Assembly: GCA_964611035.1 (NCBI GenBank)
Contig: CAZSWT010000003.1
Coordinates: 6,219 to 70,218, forward strand
Direction: 5' to 3'
Origin: an uncultured Desulfobacteraceae bacterium
GTDB taxonomy: Bacteria; Desulfobacterota; DSM-4660; Desulfatiglandales; B25-G16
DNA: 64,000 nt
Part shown: piece by piece, positions 18,301-28,404 of the stretch
Layout: the number at the start of each line of letters is the position of its first letter
Position numbering within the stretch: the first letter of the stretch is position 1
Notes under the pieces: model-generated
What the model saw: the letters and a program-made list of their open reading frames with translations, nothing else
The model's database searches: none
What the model was told of the DNA's origin: nothing
Made by a program: the position numbers and the translations under genes

Positions 18301-19160
18301 AACATTTTAAGACAACACTCGCAGATTTTGTGGCCCAAGGATTGCCTCTGCCCAATCCGATCCAGGAAAAAGCCACCTTGCTTGAAGCTTCAAAAACTAA
18401 AAACAAACCCCAGGAGCTGGTTAAATGGATACTGGATAATCAGGACGACCTGAAAAAACTTCATGAGCAAGTAAGCCAGGTAAAGGATTTTGTTGAGAGC
18501 AATAAACTCGCGCTTCAAAACGCGTTACCTCTTATTAAAAGAGCCGAGGCCTCCCAGGTACTGAAGCAGAAAGATAAGGACGGCTCAATCCCGGAAGCGA
18601 TCAACCAGCTCAAACACCTCATCGAAAACCGTGAGGTGGTGTCCAAATGGGCCGATTTTCAGACCTATCGTGCAGTAGTGGAAAACGCTTATCGTTCAGC
18701 CTATGAAGAGTATAGGAAGGCATTTGGAAAAGAGGTGCAAGCACTTGAACAAAGTGTCAAAACACGGCCTAAATTTGCGTCCCTGCAGTCTGATAAACAG
18801 GAAACCGTCTTTACAAAATGGTTTGGCAGTCATGGGCTTGTAAGGGCCGGAATCTCACAACATCCTGTTGGCACTCTCAAAGAGCTGTTAGATGCGGATC
18901 AAGCCACTTCCCTCGATGCCCTGGCAGGTCGTGTCGGGACTGTTCCAGGGCTGTTAGCCGATATCCTTGTGGACATTCAAGAATTAGGCAGAAAACCAGA
19001 AGAAGAGGAGAGAGAACCAAGGATGCGCACGTGGCGGCCAAAGGCTATCACAAAGGGCATGGTCATCCGAAAAGATGAAGCGATGGAAATCGCCGATGAA
19101 TTTAGACAGGAATTGGAAGAGCAGTTTGAAGAAGGCGTGGAGGAAGTCATTATCCAATGA
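15396..19160 (+). CDS. brxC: BREX P-loop ATPase BrxC/PglY
   Basis: The track ORF starts at 15357. The likely ATG is 15396 (GGAGGA upstream, just after the brxB stop). About 1254 aa. Walker A GFFGTGKSH, Walker B FFVVDEVGQF, long helical C-terminus. Confidence 0.9.
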   Translation: MSTKLKEVLKKDLVRDKVDPTVKVDDNKRLYIDIREFVITEEIAVDALKLVRAISGQLQELQRGSIPQAVVDACWLSGFFGTGKSHLAKLIAALIQNPVLTHKEISLSALELFYQTHEPINQVEKDLEAELKTLSRLANPVLIVFEITAAKKGVHDSLSEIFLRKFFEGLGYASSLWIARIERDLDERGLYDEFKKAVSDKGMGNWEEERRASQRVPAILMQVLPEVDSTYYRNEADVEAGIEKAEDEDEASPEGLVEEINRYLERKAQGGDGRIPLAFFVVDEVGQFIAANSERIEEIRSIVERGAMVGNGRIFTVMTSQEDLAAAIGGVVKGDQMNKLNARFGVKIDLKSQNVAKIVQERLLIKTPTGATQLTESFRDWEGPISEIENLQLRGVSYPTSDPASFTAHYPLLSYQVQLAQDILATLRGPRLSGTERSMIQIVQEAVAARSEDDLGVLIPFDAVFEANESELSSIHHLGTHGVREINGSDKKLGWSDTTDFAQPSRILKVLYLIQRLEEKRWIPQKADTITKLMADHVEINLSALREKVTKGLEKLVSASMVSFDGESYHFLSQEEREIEQYFLDRKGKVRIPDLERDIKDRGRAILAANKITDGTQQYQLRYGSSGQGLFGFETKLDGEVISPSGGGPLQLEIYTPLSGVKLEQIRTLNLADGPQGKTVYWIADESQKADLAETLRQIRALEETINHYQPKADRDEISAAAKDAVRKKNTDLTRAQKKADDFISQTFMKGRLLFSGEEHTLPAPEADSLKKVLAIAGNVVILNLFDRFHLADKAYDDKDSVYKAIFNPAGNLATLEGIRNFNLVDTQGHIKAQTGIVSEMQGVLTALENTQAVVKAQDIRHKLQDIPYGWPRGAIQLGSAALFRCGQIEITHKGNPVYDFRQLQDAYKVFSKISSFDALEIRSVTDILTPEEIQTTYLFCKNTLQMEDVTESVNDIFLHFRDYRTGLEHFKTTLADFVAQGLPLPNPIQEKATLLEASKTKNKPQELVKWILDNQDDLKKLHEQVSQVKDFVESNKLALQNALPLIKRAEASQVLKQKDKDGSIPEAINQLKHLIENREVVSKWADFQTYRAVVENAYRSAYEEYRKAFGKEVQALEQSVKTRPKFASLQSDKQETVFTKWFGSHGLVRAGISQHPVGTLKELLDADQATSLDALAGRVGTVPGLLADILVDIQELGRKPEEEEREPRMRTWRPKAITKGMVIRKDEAMEIADEFRQELEEQFEEGVEEVIIQ

Positions 19161-22100
19161 GCAGCTACGGTCTCAGTTCGGAAACCAAGAAGTCGGTCAA
19201 ATCAACGGTCCTCGCTTTAAGGAAGTTATTAGAAGGCGAGTTTGATCCTGATACCGGTGAGCCTATTCCGCCCGGCGGTGACGTCGCGAGGCAAATCTCA
19301 CGATATGGCATTTTAGTGAATAAGCCTGAGTCGCTCAAAAACGAAAATGCTCCAGATTATCTGACTGATGAAGAAAAGAAGAAACGAGAACGCATCTCTG
19401 CAGCCATAAAGCGTGAGGTCGCTATTTTTGGAAAGCTCTCTGATAAGGCCGCTTTGAGACGAGGCATGCGGGCATTTATTCGCCAAACCAGCTATACCTG
19501 GGTAAACCGTCTCTTGGGCCTTCGGTGCATGGAGGCACGGGGGTTGCTCAAGGATGATCGTGGTGAGCTTGATTTTGTGGTTACTCCTTCGGATGATTAT
19601 GGAGGACTGCCTCGAAGGGCGTGGCGAATCAAAGGGGAAGATCCTGCAAAGTGGCAGACTGCCAAGCTATATGATCTTCAGTGCGAAGCCATCGCTGACG
19701 CCTGTCGCCAGCTTACTCAAGAAATCAAAGTCTTATTTGATCCTGAACATGACTACGGCCTCATCTGGCCGTCGCCCCCGGCCTTAAATACTCTCCTTCA
19801 AAAGATTCAAGAATTGGATAAGATTGCAACCCCCAGCCCTTTTACATCACCAGATTTCTTAGGATGGGTCTACCAATATTTCCAGACCATAGACAAAGAT
19901 CTGGTATTTAAAGCCGCTTCTAAAAAGAAAAAGAAGATAGAAAAAGACGATATTATCCCTGCGACACAAATCTATACCGAACACTACATGGTGGAATATC
20001 TGGTCCAGAATACCTTAGGCAGGTTCTGGTTGGAGATGCACCCCGACTCCAAATTATCGGCAAAATGGGCTTATTACGTAAAACCTCCTGAAGAAAACCC
20101 ACCAATTGAAAGAGAACTCAAAAAAGCGATTGAGATCAAGCTGATGGACCCTGCCCTGGGAAGCGGGCATTTCCACTTGGTTGCCTTTGATCTGCTTTTG
20201 GATATGTATGAAGAGGAAATTGAAAATGCTGGTCAACCCGGATGGCCGGACACTCCTTCAGTCGAAGACAAAAAGGATATTCCTGCCGCCATATTGGAGC
20301 ATAACCTGTTCGGAATTGACATAGATGCCCGCTCCATTCAGCTTTCCTCTTTGGTACTTGTGATGAAGACTCGTGAGTCCGGTTATGATGGACCAATTGA
20401 CCATCTCAATTTGGTAGTGGCCAATAGCGCCCCATTTGAATCTGAGGCATGGTATCAATTCCTCCACAGCTTGGAAAAAGAGGGAAAGCATAGTGTAGCC
20501 AGGGTTCTGGCTGCCCTGGGTATCCAGCTAAAAAACCTGGATGAATTCGGATCGCTCCTTCGCATCGAAGATGAGATGCAAAAGATTATTCAAGACGAGA
20601 AGAAGCAATGGATAGTTCAGGCTAAGATGGGTCCAGAACAAGATTACCTTTTCCCTGAAATGGCCAAGCCCAGGCAAGAAAAACTACCCTTTGAGACTGC
20701 AATTACGGACGAAACTTTTTTTGATCGCCTGGGGTCTGCGGTTGCAATAGAACTTGATAGCTTTTATCAAAAGGCGCGACAGGAAGGTTTTGCAGAAGAG
20801 GCTATTATGGTTGCCGATGCAGAGCGAGGATTTGACTTTGCTAAACTGACTCTTCAGCGATATGATGTAGTTTATACGAACCCTCCTTATATGGGTAGTG
20901 GTAATATGGGGGATCTTCTGAAGCAGTTCATAAATGCTTATTACAAACCTGGAAAAAGAGATCTTTATGCTGCTTTTATTCTGCGTTGCTGCGCTCTTAC
21001 CAGTGAGAATGGCTATGTTGGGATGGTAACCCAACATGGCTGGATGTTTTTAAGAAGCTTCGAGGATTTACGCGCTGTCCCCGAAAAAAAGCTCATAAAG
21101 GGCAATTTCGCAGGTCTTTTGCGCGAGGGACGTTTTGAAACACTGGCTCACCTTGGACCAGGAGCATTTTCCGAAATCAGTGGTGAAGTAGTGAACACTG
21201 CACTCTTTTCCTTCAAAAATATACCACCTATTCCTGAACACAGGCTAACAGCATTCCGAGTCCTCGCAGCAAAGCACCCTGAGCAAAAGGCAGAGTTTTT
21301 ACGTGAAGCAGTGGGAGTACTACCATAGTACTTCTGGCGAGCGAATCATACACTTAAAAGTTACACAAGGAGTAACAGAGTGATCAAGACATCTTCTATT
21401 CATCCAGCTGTTTTTCAGCCTCGTCAGAGCCGCTTTATAGACATCCCACAGGCACCATTTTCTTATTGGTTGAGAGATCGTTTTTTGGAGCTATTGTCAG
21501 GTCTGACGCTCGACAAGGTGTCAAAGGTGTGCCAAGGCCTTGTTACTGCGGACGATACTCGATTTGTTCGTTTCTTTTGGGAGGTTTCTTCCAAGATCTG
21601 GTTAAAACCTCTTGACGCACGACACTGGGTAGGCTTCGTAAAAGGGGGTGGGTATGGTAGATGGTACGGCCAGCAATATTGGGTAGTGGACTGGGAAAGA
21701 AATGGAGAAAGAATTAAGGCGTCATCAAATCCTCGAGTTCAAAACGAGAGTTACTATTTTAAAGAGGGGTGGACCTATAGCTATATGGCTAGAGGATCAC
21801 TTGGGGTACGACAGCTCCCAAAGGATATTATCTTCTGTGACCTATCTGCGGGTGTATTTCCCAACAGACAATTGCCCGGACTCTCCATTTGTCTAAATTC
21901 TCGGTTATCATCGTTCATTATTCGGGCAATTAGCCCTAGAATTCAACTGCGTGAAAGCTATGTTCAAAGGATCCCTCTTCCCAAGAAAATACCTAACTCA
22001 TTTTCATTGGTTGAGAATATTCTTGTTGGTTTGAAAAAGCGTTTGGTCGAAAGAGACGTGATCGAAATGACTTTTACAAACTGGAAAATTGGAAATATGA

Positions 22101-23452
22101 CGCTGAGGAGCTGCTATTTTTCTAAAATACAGGATTCCGAGGTCATTGCAACAGCCTTGCATACAATAGAAGCTGTTTGCGAAAAATTGTTGATAAATGC
22201 TTACAGCCTCGACGAGGAAGATACTGCTGCGGTTATGGCCGAAACTGGAGAACCCTCAGGGTGGTTTCCATTGATTAGAGGTTACGATACTATACCAGAA
22301 GTCCCGCAGGGGATTTTCAATTTACCCGAGGAGATAATGAACCATTTTGAGAGTCAAAAAAGAGAGAATCTCTCCCATGATGAACTGGATACGATTAAAC
22401 TGCGTCTAAAGGTTCTATATGAAGCAGGGCCAGGTTCAAAAGCTGAAGATGAAAAGAATTTGGAATCCTTTGGAGATGATGATAAAAAAAACTTTGATAA
22501 AGGAGCACGTATACCTATCCCTGCTGATACCTTTATTGAAGAGCTTTCCCATAAGCTCAAAATACACCCGATATCTATCTATTGGCTCCTTAAAGAAATG
22601 CGTGAAAAAGAAGATCTTGTATGTCCGTCGGAATTAAAACTGTATGCTGAGGACTATGTAAGCGTCATGATTATCCATATGCTGGGTTACCAGTGGCCAA
22701 AGCAAGTTGAAGCAGGTGAACCTCTGCCCGATTGGGCCGATGACGACGGGATTATTCCGCTTACCGATGGATTGGGAGAAACAACTTTATTGGATCGGAT
22801 AAGAAAACGTTTTGGTGCGGATTTTAGGGAAGAAAAAGAAGCATCCATAGAGTCTGAGTTTTATAATATTGTTGGGAAATCTCTGGAACGGTGGCTGGAG
22901 GAAGACTTGTTTGCTCGGCATGTGAAGCAGTTTAAGAATCGGCCCATTGCCTGGCATATTGTTAGTGATCCTTCTGTGGTTAACCATGAGACAGGGCAAA
23001 GCGGAAAGGGGAAAAGGAAAGGTGGCAAGAAAAAACATAAACCCGCTTTTTCTGTGATGATTCATTATCACCGTTTTGTGGATGGAGATAAAGGATATGG
23101 GAAGCTGTTGCGCCTGAAAAACAAATACCTTGAAAAACTTATGTCCCAGACACGATCAGAATTGGAATCCCTACGCGGCAGAGGAGATGACCCTAAAACC
23201 TTTGATCGTATAGCTGAATTAGATCGAAAATTGGTTGAATTAGAGGATTTCAGGGAGAGATTGGAGCGGATTCAGGAGGGTAAGGACCCTGAATCAAGTA
23301 TATTTGTACGGTGGAAAAGCACTGAGGAACAGCCCCAGGGCTGGAGGCCGGACATAAACGATGGTGTAAAAATAAATATCGCACCATGGGAACGCCTTGG
23401 GATGTTTCCTGTTAAAAAAATTGTCGGAGAAGTCGAAAGGGCGCCTGTGTAA
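19157..23452 (+). pseudogene. pglX: BREX N6-adenine DNA methyltransferase PglX, split by one in-frame TAG
   Basis: ORFs 19157..21328 (723 aa, with LMDPALGSGHF and YTNPPYMG methyltransferase motifs) and 21380..23452 (690 aa, with IPQAPFSYWL and DINDGVKINIAPW PglX-type motifs) are in the same frame. They are separated only by TAG (21326-21328) plus 17 sense codons. ATGA overlap with brxC. Confidence 0.85.
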
Positions 23453-23465
23453 TATAGGACATAGA

Positions 23466-23531
23466 TTTACACAGATTTGCACAGATAACAAAAAAGAAAA
23501 ATCCGTGTTCATCTGTGTTTCATCAGTGTCC
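23466..23531. repeat. cacagat/atctgtg repeat element in the pglX-pglZ spacer
   Basis: tttacacagatttgcacagata (23466-23487) and atccgtgttcatctgtgtttcatcagtgtcc (23501-23531). acacagat (23470-23477) is the reverse complement of atctgtgt (23511-23518). From memory this resembles an extragenic motif (translating as ICVNLC) seen in other bacteria. Confidence 0.4.
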
Positions 23532-23548
23532 TCAAAAACCTAAATCAT

Positions 23549-26212
23549 ATGAATAAATCAGCCATAGAAAAATGGTTAATAGATGAATTTTCTAAACGTT
23601 TTCAGTACAAGGTAAGCGAATACCTTGCTACGCTCATCTGGTTTGACCCGAATCGGTATTGGCTCTCATCAATACCATGGCTGGTAGGCAGGTCGGCCAA
23701 TTGGACATTTTCATTGGAAGAAGAGAACAAAGTAGCGATGAAGTTGGTTGCAGTCGGTTCTGATATACCTGAGGGAAAAGGCCAAAGTCCCCTTAAAATC
23801 CGTCTTTCTATCCTCACAGATCGAAACTCTTATACTGATCAGAACGGTTTGGTAGATTTTAAACAGATTTCGCGTTGGATTATTTATTACCCTTATCCAG
23901 TTGAATGGCTCAATGAAGAGACCCGGCCTAAAAAGAAGCCTGCCATGTCATGGCTAATGCCTTTTTGCGAGGCGGGCCTGGAATGGGGTCGAAGAGGGGG
24001 CGACGAAGAGAAATTGCCTGCCTTTTTGCGCGCCCACAGCCTGGATCTCACCAAAGACAAAAAGCAACTGACGGAATTATACCACCTCACCAAGACCGAC
24101 CGTTCGGCATCCCCTATTTCTCGTCTTGTTGTCCAAAACCTGGATAAGCCAGTTGAGTTCTGGGAGGGGAAGTCATGGGATTTGAATAAAGTCCGGAATG
24201 AACTGGTGGGGGATCTGGGCAGACAAACAGAGGAGTTATTGGTAGATCCTGAAGCCACTGTAACGTTGTTACACGAGCGAGGTGTTTTGGATGATTTCTT
24301 TGCTCGGTTGGAGAGCTATCTTGGAAAGACATGGTATTCTGACAGCGTAATAGCAAACCCCGCAGGTTTCAGCCGGGATCTTGTAAGGCATGTGGCATTA
24401 TCCACAACATGGAAGCTTACAGGCTATGATACAGCGTTCCCTTTCAGCCCGGAGCTACCACCCCAATATAAGACTGACCATTGTAAGGAAACCATTCTTG
24501 ACTGGCTGAAAATACCGGAAGTTGGTGAGGCATATGTTAAAAAATGCCAAAGCCTGGAAAAGGAAGGTCTCAATCTTATCGGAAATGTAGATACCAAGAT
24601 AAATGGACATGTCTTTCCACATATTATCTTGAAACAATGGCATGAGGTAAAGCAGAGACTTGAAAGTGCTGCCGGTACCTCAGTGAATAATATTCGATCT
24701 GTCCTGAAAGATATCCATATTGAAGACTATGACAAGGTGTGGGATCGGCTCATGCCAGGAGAGCTGGGCTGGCATTGGCTTTCTTCACTTAAGGGGATAG
24801 AAAAAAGGATTGTTGACGGAGAGTCCTGGTTGATCAAGTCTGATGCTGATGATCTGGAAGGGTGCATTACACACTTTACCGATTCAGAGAATGGATGGTG
24901 GAGGATTGATGAAATTTTCAGAAAGCTCCTGGTCCTTGCAGTGGATGATCCCGATAGTGATTTAATAAAATCTCTGGCTTTTCCATTGTACAATTCTTGG
25001 ATTGCGGCAGCCGGGCAGCATTTTACAAAAGCGCTCATTAAAAAAACCGACCTGCAATCGCTGAAGAAAATTCCCTTCATTACAAAGGCCGCTGAAACAG
25101 TCTGGTCACTGCCTGATGGAAATAAACGGAAGGCTATAATCATTACGGACGCCTTACGCTATGATTTAGCCATGGACGTTAGCAACTACTTGGAAAAGTC
25201 GGGATTTAAGGTAGATATGAAACCCTGGCTTGCGGATCTCCCCTCAAAAACCGAGGTAGGAATGAGCAGGTTGCTTCCCGATTGCGATCTCGCAATGCGA
25301 CTTAAGAGCAAGAAAATTGAGATTATCCATAATGGGAAAAATTTTGGGGTGAAGGGCAACCGGGTCGAATTTATAAAGGAAAAATTAGGGGAGGATTTAA
25401 CTACACTTGAGATGAAAGATGTAAGCAAAGCCAATCTCAAAGACATAAAATCAAAGGTCCTGGCGGTATTTAGCCGTGATATAGATGCTGAGGGAGAGGC
25501 CAAGGGACTGGGCTTTTTTAAGGACATTGAAAAGGAAATAACTGAAATTGTCCAAAAGGTTCAAGTGCTTGCCCGATGCGGATACCAGGAAGTGCATATC
25601 ATAACTGACCATGGCTTTTTGCTTTCTTCGTCGGATGGGCTGGTAAAGTGGGAAAGCCCCCAAGGTTCGGATGCATGCGGGCGCCGTTTTGCCATGATTC
25701 CCAAGAATATCGGGACTGATTTACCGGCAATCCCCTCCCCATGGAATGATGACCATTGGCTGGCATTGCCGCCTGCTGGTACAGTATTTAAGGCCAGTGG
25801 TCAGACTGAATACCTCCATGGCGGAGCATCATTTCAGGAAATCGTTATTCCTCAAATCTGTGCTGAGGTGCAGGAGCAAGCTGTTCGTGTTACACTGACC
25901 ATGATAGTGGAGAAGGACGTTATTGAGTCCGGCATAGTAAAGATTGATTTAAAAGGCGAAAGCCCAGTCGATCAATTACCGCTCTCCTTCATGCCCACAG
26001 TGGTGTTGTCCAGATCCGGTTATTTAGTAGCAGAGCGGAAAGGTAAGGTTGTTTCTAAAACCAAGAATTTTGAGTTAGGGGTAGGAGATCAACTGAAATT
26101 AACCCTCTTTCTGGATCGAGGCCTTAAACAGGGGGAGGATGTAGATATAATTGCGAGAGATGATAAGGAATTACTAACAACCAAAACATTAAAGGTGGTC
26201 CGAGATGTCTAA
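23549..26212 (+). CDS. pglZ: BREX alkaline-phosphatase-superfamily protein PglZ
   Basis: 887 aa, fifth position in the operon. PglZ-domain core ..AIIITDALRYDL.. and ..IITDHGF... Confidence 0.9.
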   Translation: MNKSAIEKWLIDEFSKRFQYKVSEYLATLIWFDPNRYWLSSIPWLVGRSANWTFSLEEENKVAMKLVAVGSDIPEGKGQSPLKIRLSILTDRNSYTDQNGLVDFKQISRWIIYYPYPVEWLNEETRPKKKPAMSWLMPFCEAGLEWGRRGGDEEKLPAFLRAHSLDLTKDKKQLTELYHLTKTDRSASPISRLVVQNLDKPVEFWEGKSWDLNKVRNELVGDLGRQTEELLVDPEATVTLLHERGVLDDFFARLESYLGKTWYSDSVIANPAGFSRDLVRHVALSTTWKLTGYDTAFPFSPELPPQYKTDHCKETILDWLKIPEVGEAYVKKCQSLEKEGLNLIGNVDTKINGHVFPHIILKQWHEVKQRLESAAGTSVNNIRSVLKDIHIEDYDKVWDRLMPGELGWHWLSSLKGIEKRIVDGESWLIKSDADDLEGCITHFTDSENGWWRIDEIFRKLLVLAVDDPDSDLIKSLAFPLYNSWIAAAGQHFTKALIKKTDLQSLKKIPFITKAAETVWSLPDGNKRKAIIITDALRYDLAMDVSNYLEKSGFKVDMKPWLADLPSKTEVGMSRLLPDCDLAMRLKSKKIEIIHNGKNFGVKGNRVEFIKEKLGEDLTTLEMKDVSKANLKDIKSKVLAVFSRDIDAEGEAKGLGFFKDIEKEITEIVQKVQVLARCGYQEVHIITDHGFLLSSSDGLVKWESPQGSDACGRRFAMIPKNIGTDLPAIPSPWNDDHWLALPPAGTVFKASGQTEYLHGGASFQEIVIPQICAEVQEQAVRVTLTMIVEKDVIESGIVKIDLKGESPVDQLPLSFMPTVVLSRSGYLVAERKGKVVSKTKNFELGVGDQLKLTLFLDRGLKQGEDVDIIARDDKELLTTKTLKVVRDV

Positions 26213-28292
26213 CGAGGAAAAAGAAAACACATCTTTTCTTTCAATTCCTGACTCGCAACCAGATGAATTGGACAGCAAAGTTAGTGAACTCTTCCCGGGA
26301 GTTACGGTGCGAAAGGACCTTGTCAGGAGGATGCGCAGCGCCTACAGTGTGCCTACTTTTGTGATTGAGTTTTTACTCGGAAGGTACTGTTCTGATCCTG
26401 ATGATGATGTCGTGCGCGAGGGAATGGAATATGTGAGGCAAACTCTTTCTCATAAATATGCCAAGCCTGATGAGAGAGAATTGATCAAAGCGCGGATTGA
26501 GCAGCAGCGCCGATATGAACTCATTGAAAAGGTGGGCGTTCGGTTGGTTGAAGAAGATAACCAGTATTGGGCTGAACTAAAAAACATCGACATAAAATAC
26601 GTCAGGATTGACTCATCTGAGATCAGAAAACATGAAAGGCTGCTAACTGGAGGTCTCTGGGCGGAAGTTGAAATTGAGTATGATGATAGCTTTCAATTCA
26701 AGGGCAAAACGCGCCCTTTTATAATCCGAGAGCTACGCCCCATCCAGGTTTCGAACCTTGAATTGGATAATTTCCGTCAAAATCGCACAAAGTTTACAAC
26801 GGAGGAATGGCTTAACTTTCTCATACGAAGCCTCGGCTTTAGAGAAGACCATCCTTATTTCACACAAAGACGAAAATTGCTTCATGTGGCCCGGTTGATA
26901 CCCTTAGTGGAAAAAAACTACAACCTGGTTGAATTGGGGCCAAGGGGCACGGGCAAGAGTTTTGTTTACCAACAGGTCAGTCCCTATTCGCATCTTATTT
27001 CAGGTGGACAGACTACAGCAGCGCAGATGTTCGTTAATCTGAACACAGGCCAAAAAGGACTTGTTGCCCTTTGGGATGTTGTGGCTTTTGATGAGATGCC
27101 AAGGGGAGGATTTGAAGATAAGAAGGTCGTAGATATCTGTAAAAACTATATGGAGGATGGGCAGTTTAGCCGTGGAAGAGAGATCATAGCAGCTGAAGGG
27201 TCAGTGGTGTTTGTGGGGAATATAGATGGTGAAATTGAAACCATTGTTCGGACCAGCCATCTTTTTTATCCCATGCCAAAGCAGATGGACCTTGCTTTCT
27301 TTGATCGTATCCACTCTTACCTTCCGGGGTGGGAGTTCGAAAAGACTGGGGATGAATATTACACGTCTCACTTAGGATTGGTATCGGATTTTCTTGCAGA
27401 GGTATTAACCAAATTACGAAAAGATAGCTATACACATCGGCCTGAAGAACTGTTCCGTTTTGGGAGCCACCTTTCTGGTAGGGACCAAAAGGCGGTTCGA
27501 AAGACCGTTTCAGGCCTGATCAAACTGCTGCACCCTTATGGCGAAGTATCCAAAGATGAACTTTCAGGATACATTGAATTTGCCATGGAGATGAGACGAA
27601 GGGTAAAAGAACAGCTCAAGAAAATGGGTGGCATGGAATACTGGGATGTGAATTTTTCTTACATAGACAAAGAAACAGTTCAGGAGAGTTTTGTCCAGTT
27701 ACCTGAAACTGGCGGCGGGCAGATTATTCCCGCAGAAACCATGTCACCTGGAACCGTTTATAGCATTGGACTCGATGCGGAGGATAAAAAGATTGCCCTT
27801 TTCCTCATACAAACTCAGGCAAACAAAGGGTCAGGTCGTATCATCCCCCTCGGCAGTTTGAGTTCACGCATGAAAGAGGCAATCAAGGTAGCAGATGCCT
27901 ACTTGAAAGCAAATATCAAGAATTTTGGAATTGAAAAGGACTTAAAGAGCTACGACTTTTCAATTCAAGCCTTAAATCTGAGCCAGGCAAAAGAGGGCAC
28001 GGAGACTGCTGTGGCCTTTTATGTTTCTATGGTATCAGCTATCTTGGAAAAACCTGTAAAGGAACAGACGGTTATATTAGGGGAAATGAGTGTCGGGGGC
28101 ATCTTAATGAGGGTGAGCAATTTAGTTGAGCGAATGCAACTGGCATTGGATTCCGGTGCCAAAAGAATCCTTTTGCCGTCTGAGAACAAACGTGATCTTC
28201 CTGATGTGCCTGATACCCTGCTCAACAAAATTCAGCCTGTATTCTATACGGACCCTACTAATGCAGCCATCAGGGCTATGGGTTTGGAATAG
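26205..28292 (+). CDS. brxL: BREX Lon-like protease BrxL
   Basis: 695 aa. 8-nt overlap with pglZ. P-loop GPRGTGKS and a C-terminal Lon-protease-like domain. Last gene of the type 1 order. Confidence 0.9.
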   Translation: MSNEEKENTSFLSIPDSQPDELDSKVSELFPGVTVRKDLVRRMRSAYSVPTFVIEFLLGRYCSDPDDDVVREGMEYVRQTLSHKYAKPDERELIKARIEQQRRYELIEKVGVRLVEEDNQYWAELKNIDIKYVRIDSSEIRKHERLLTGGLWAEVEIEYDDSFQFKGKTRPFIIRELRPIQVSNLELDNFRQNRTKFTTEEWLNFLIRSLGFREDHPYFTQRRKLLHVARLIPLVEKNYNLVELGPRGTGKSFVYQQVSPYSHLISGGQTTAAQMFVNLNTGQKGLVALWDVVAFDEMPRGGFEDKKVVDICKNYMEDGQFSRGREIIAAEGSVVFVGNIDGEIETIVRTSHLFYPMPKQMDLAFFDRIHSYLPGWEFEKTGDEYYTSHLGLVSDFLAEVLTKLRKDSYTHRPEELFRFGSHLSGRDQKAVRKTVSGLIKLLHPYGEVSKDELSGYIEFAMEMRRRVKEQLKKMGGMEYWDVNFSYIDKETVQESFVQLPETGGGQIIPAETMSPGTVYSIGLDAEDKKIALFLIQTQANKGSGRIIPLGSLSSRMKEAIKVADAYLKANIKNFGIEKDLKSYDFSIQALNLSQAKEGTETAVAFYVSMVSAILEKPVKEQTVILGEMSVGGILMRVSNLVERMQLALDSGAKRILLPSENKRDLPDVPDTLLNKIQPVFYTDPTNAAIRAMGLE

Positions 28293-28404
28293 TGTGATTT
28301 GTATAGCCCCCGGCCAATTGCCTAAGCTGTTTCGGCAAGGGTGCCGAAAGGAAAGATGATGTAAAAGAATAACAAGTTCGGATGAATGATATAAGGAGAG
28401 AAAT

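Noticed and set aside
401-21328. Stop-codon reassignment or programmed readthrough as the explanation for the three in-frame stops (TAA, TAA, TAG).
   Set aside because: The same codons end conserved housekeeping genes at expected lengths (nusA TAA, rimP TAG, infB TGA). Nonsense mutation or sequencing error is simpler.
19157-23452. Annotating pglX as two genuine genes (methyltransferase subunit plus specificity subunit).
   Set aside because: The two ORFs share one frame, separated by a single TAG and 17 sense codons, and the second relies on a GTG with no SD. A conserved split cannot be excluded without comparative data, so it is kept as a finding.
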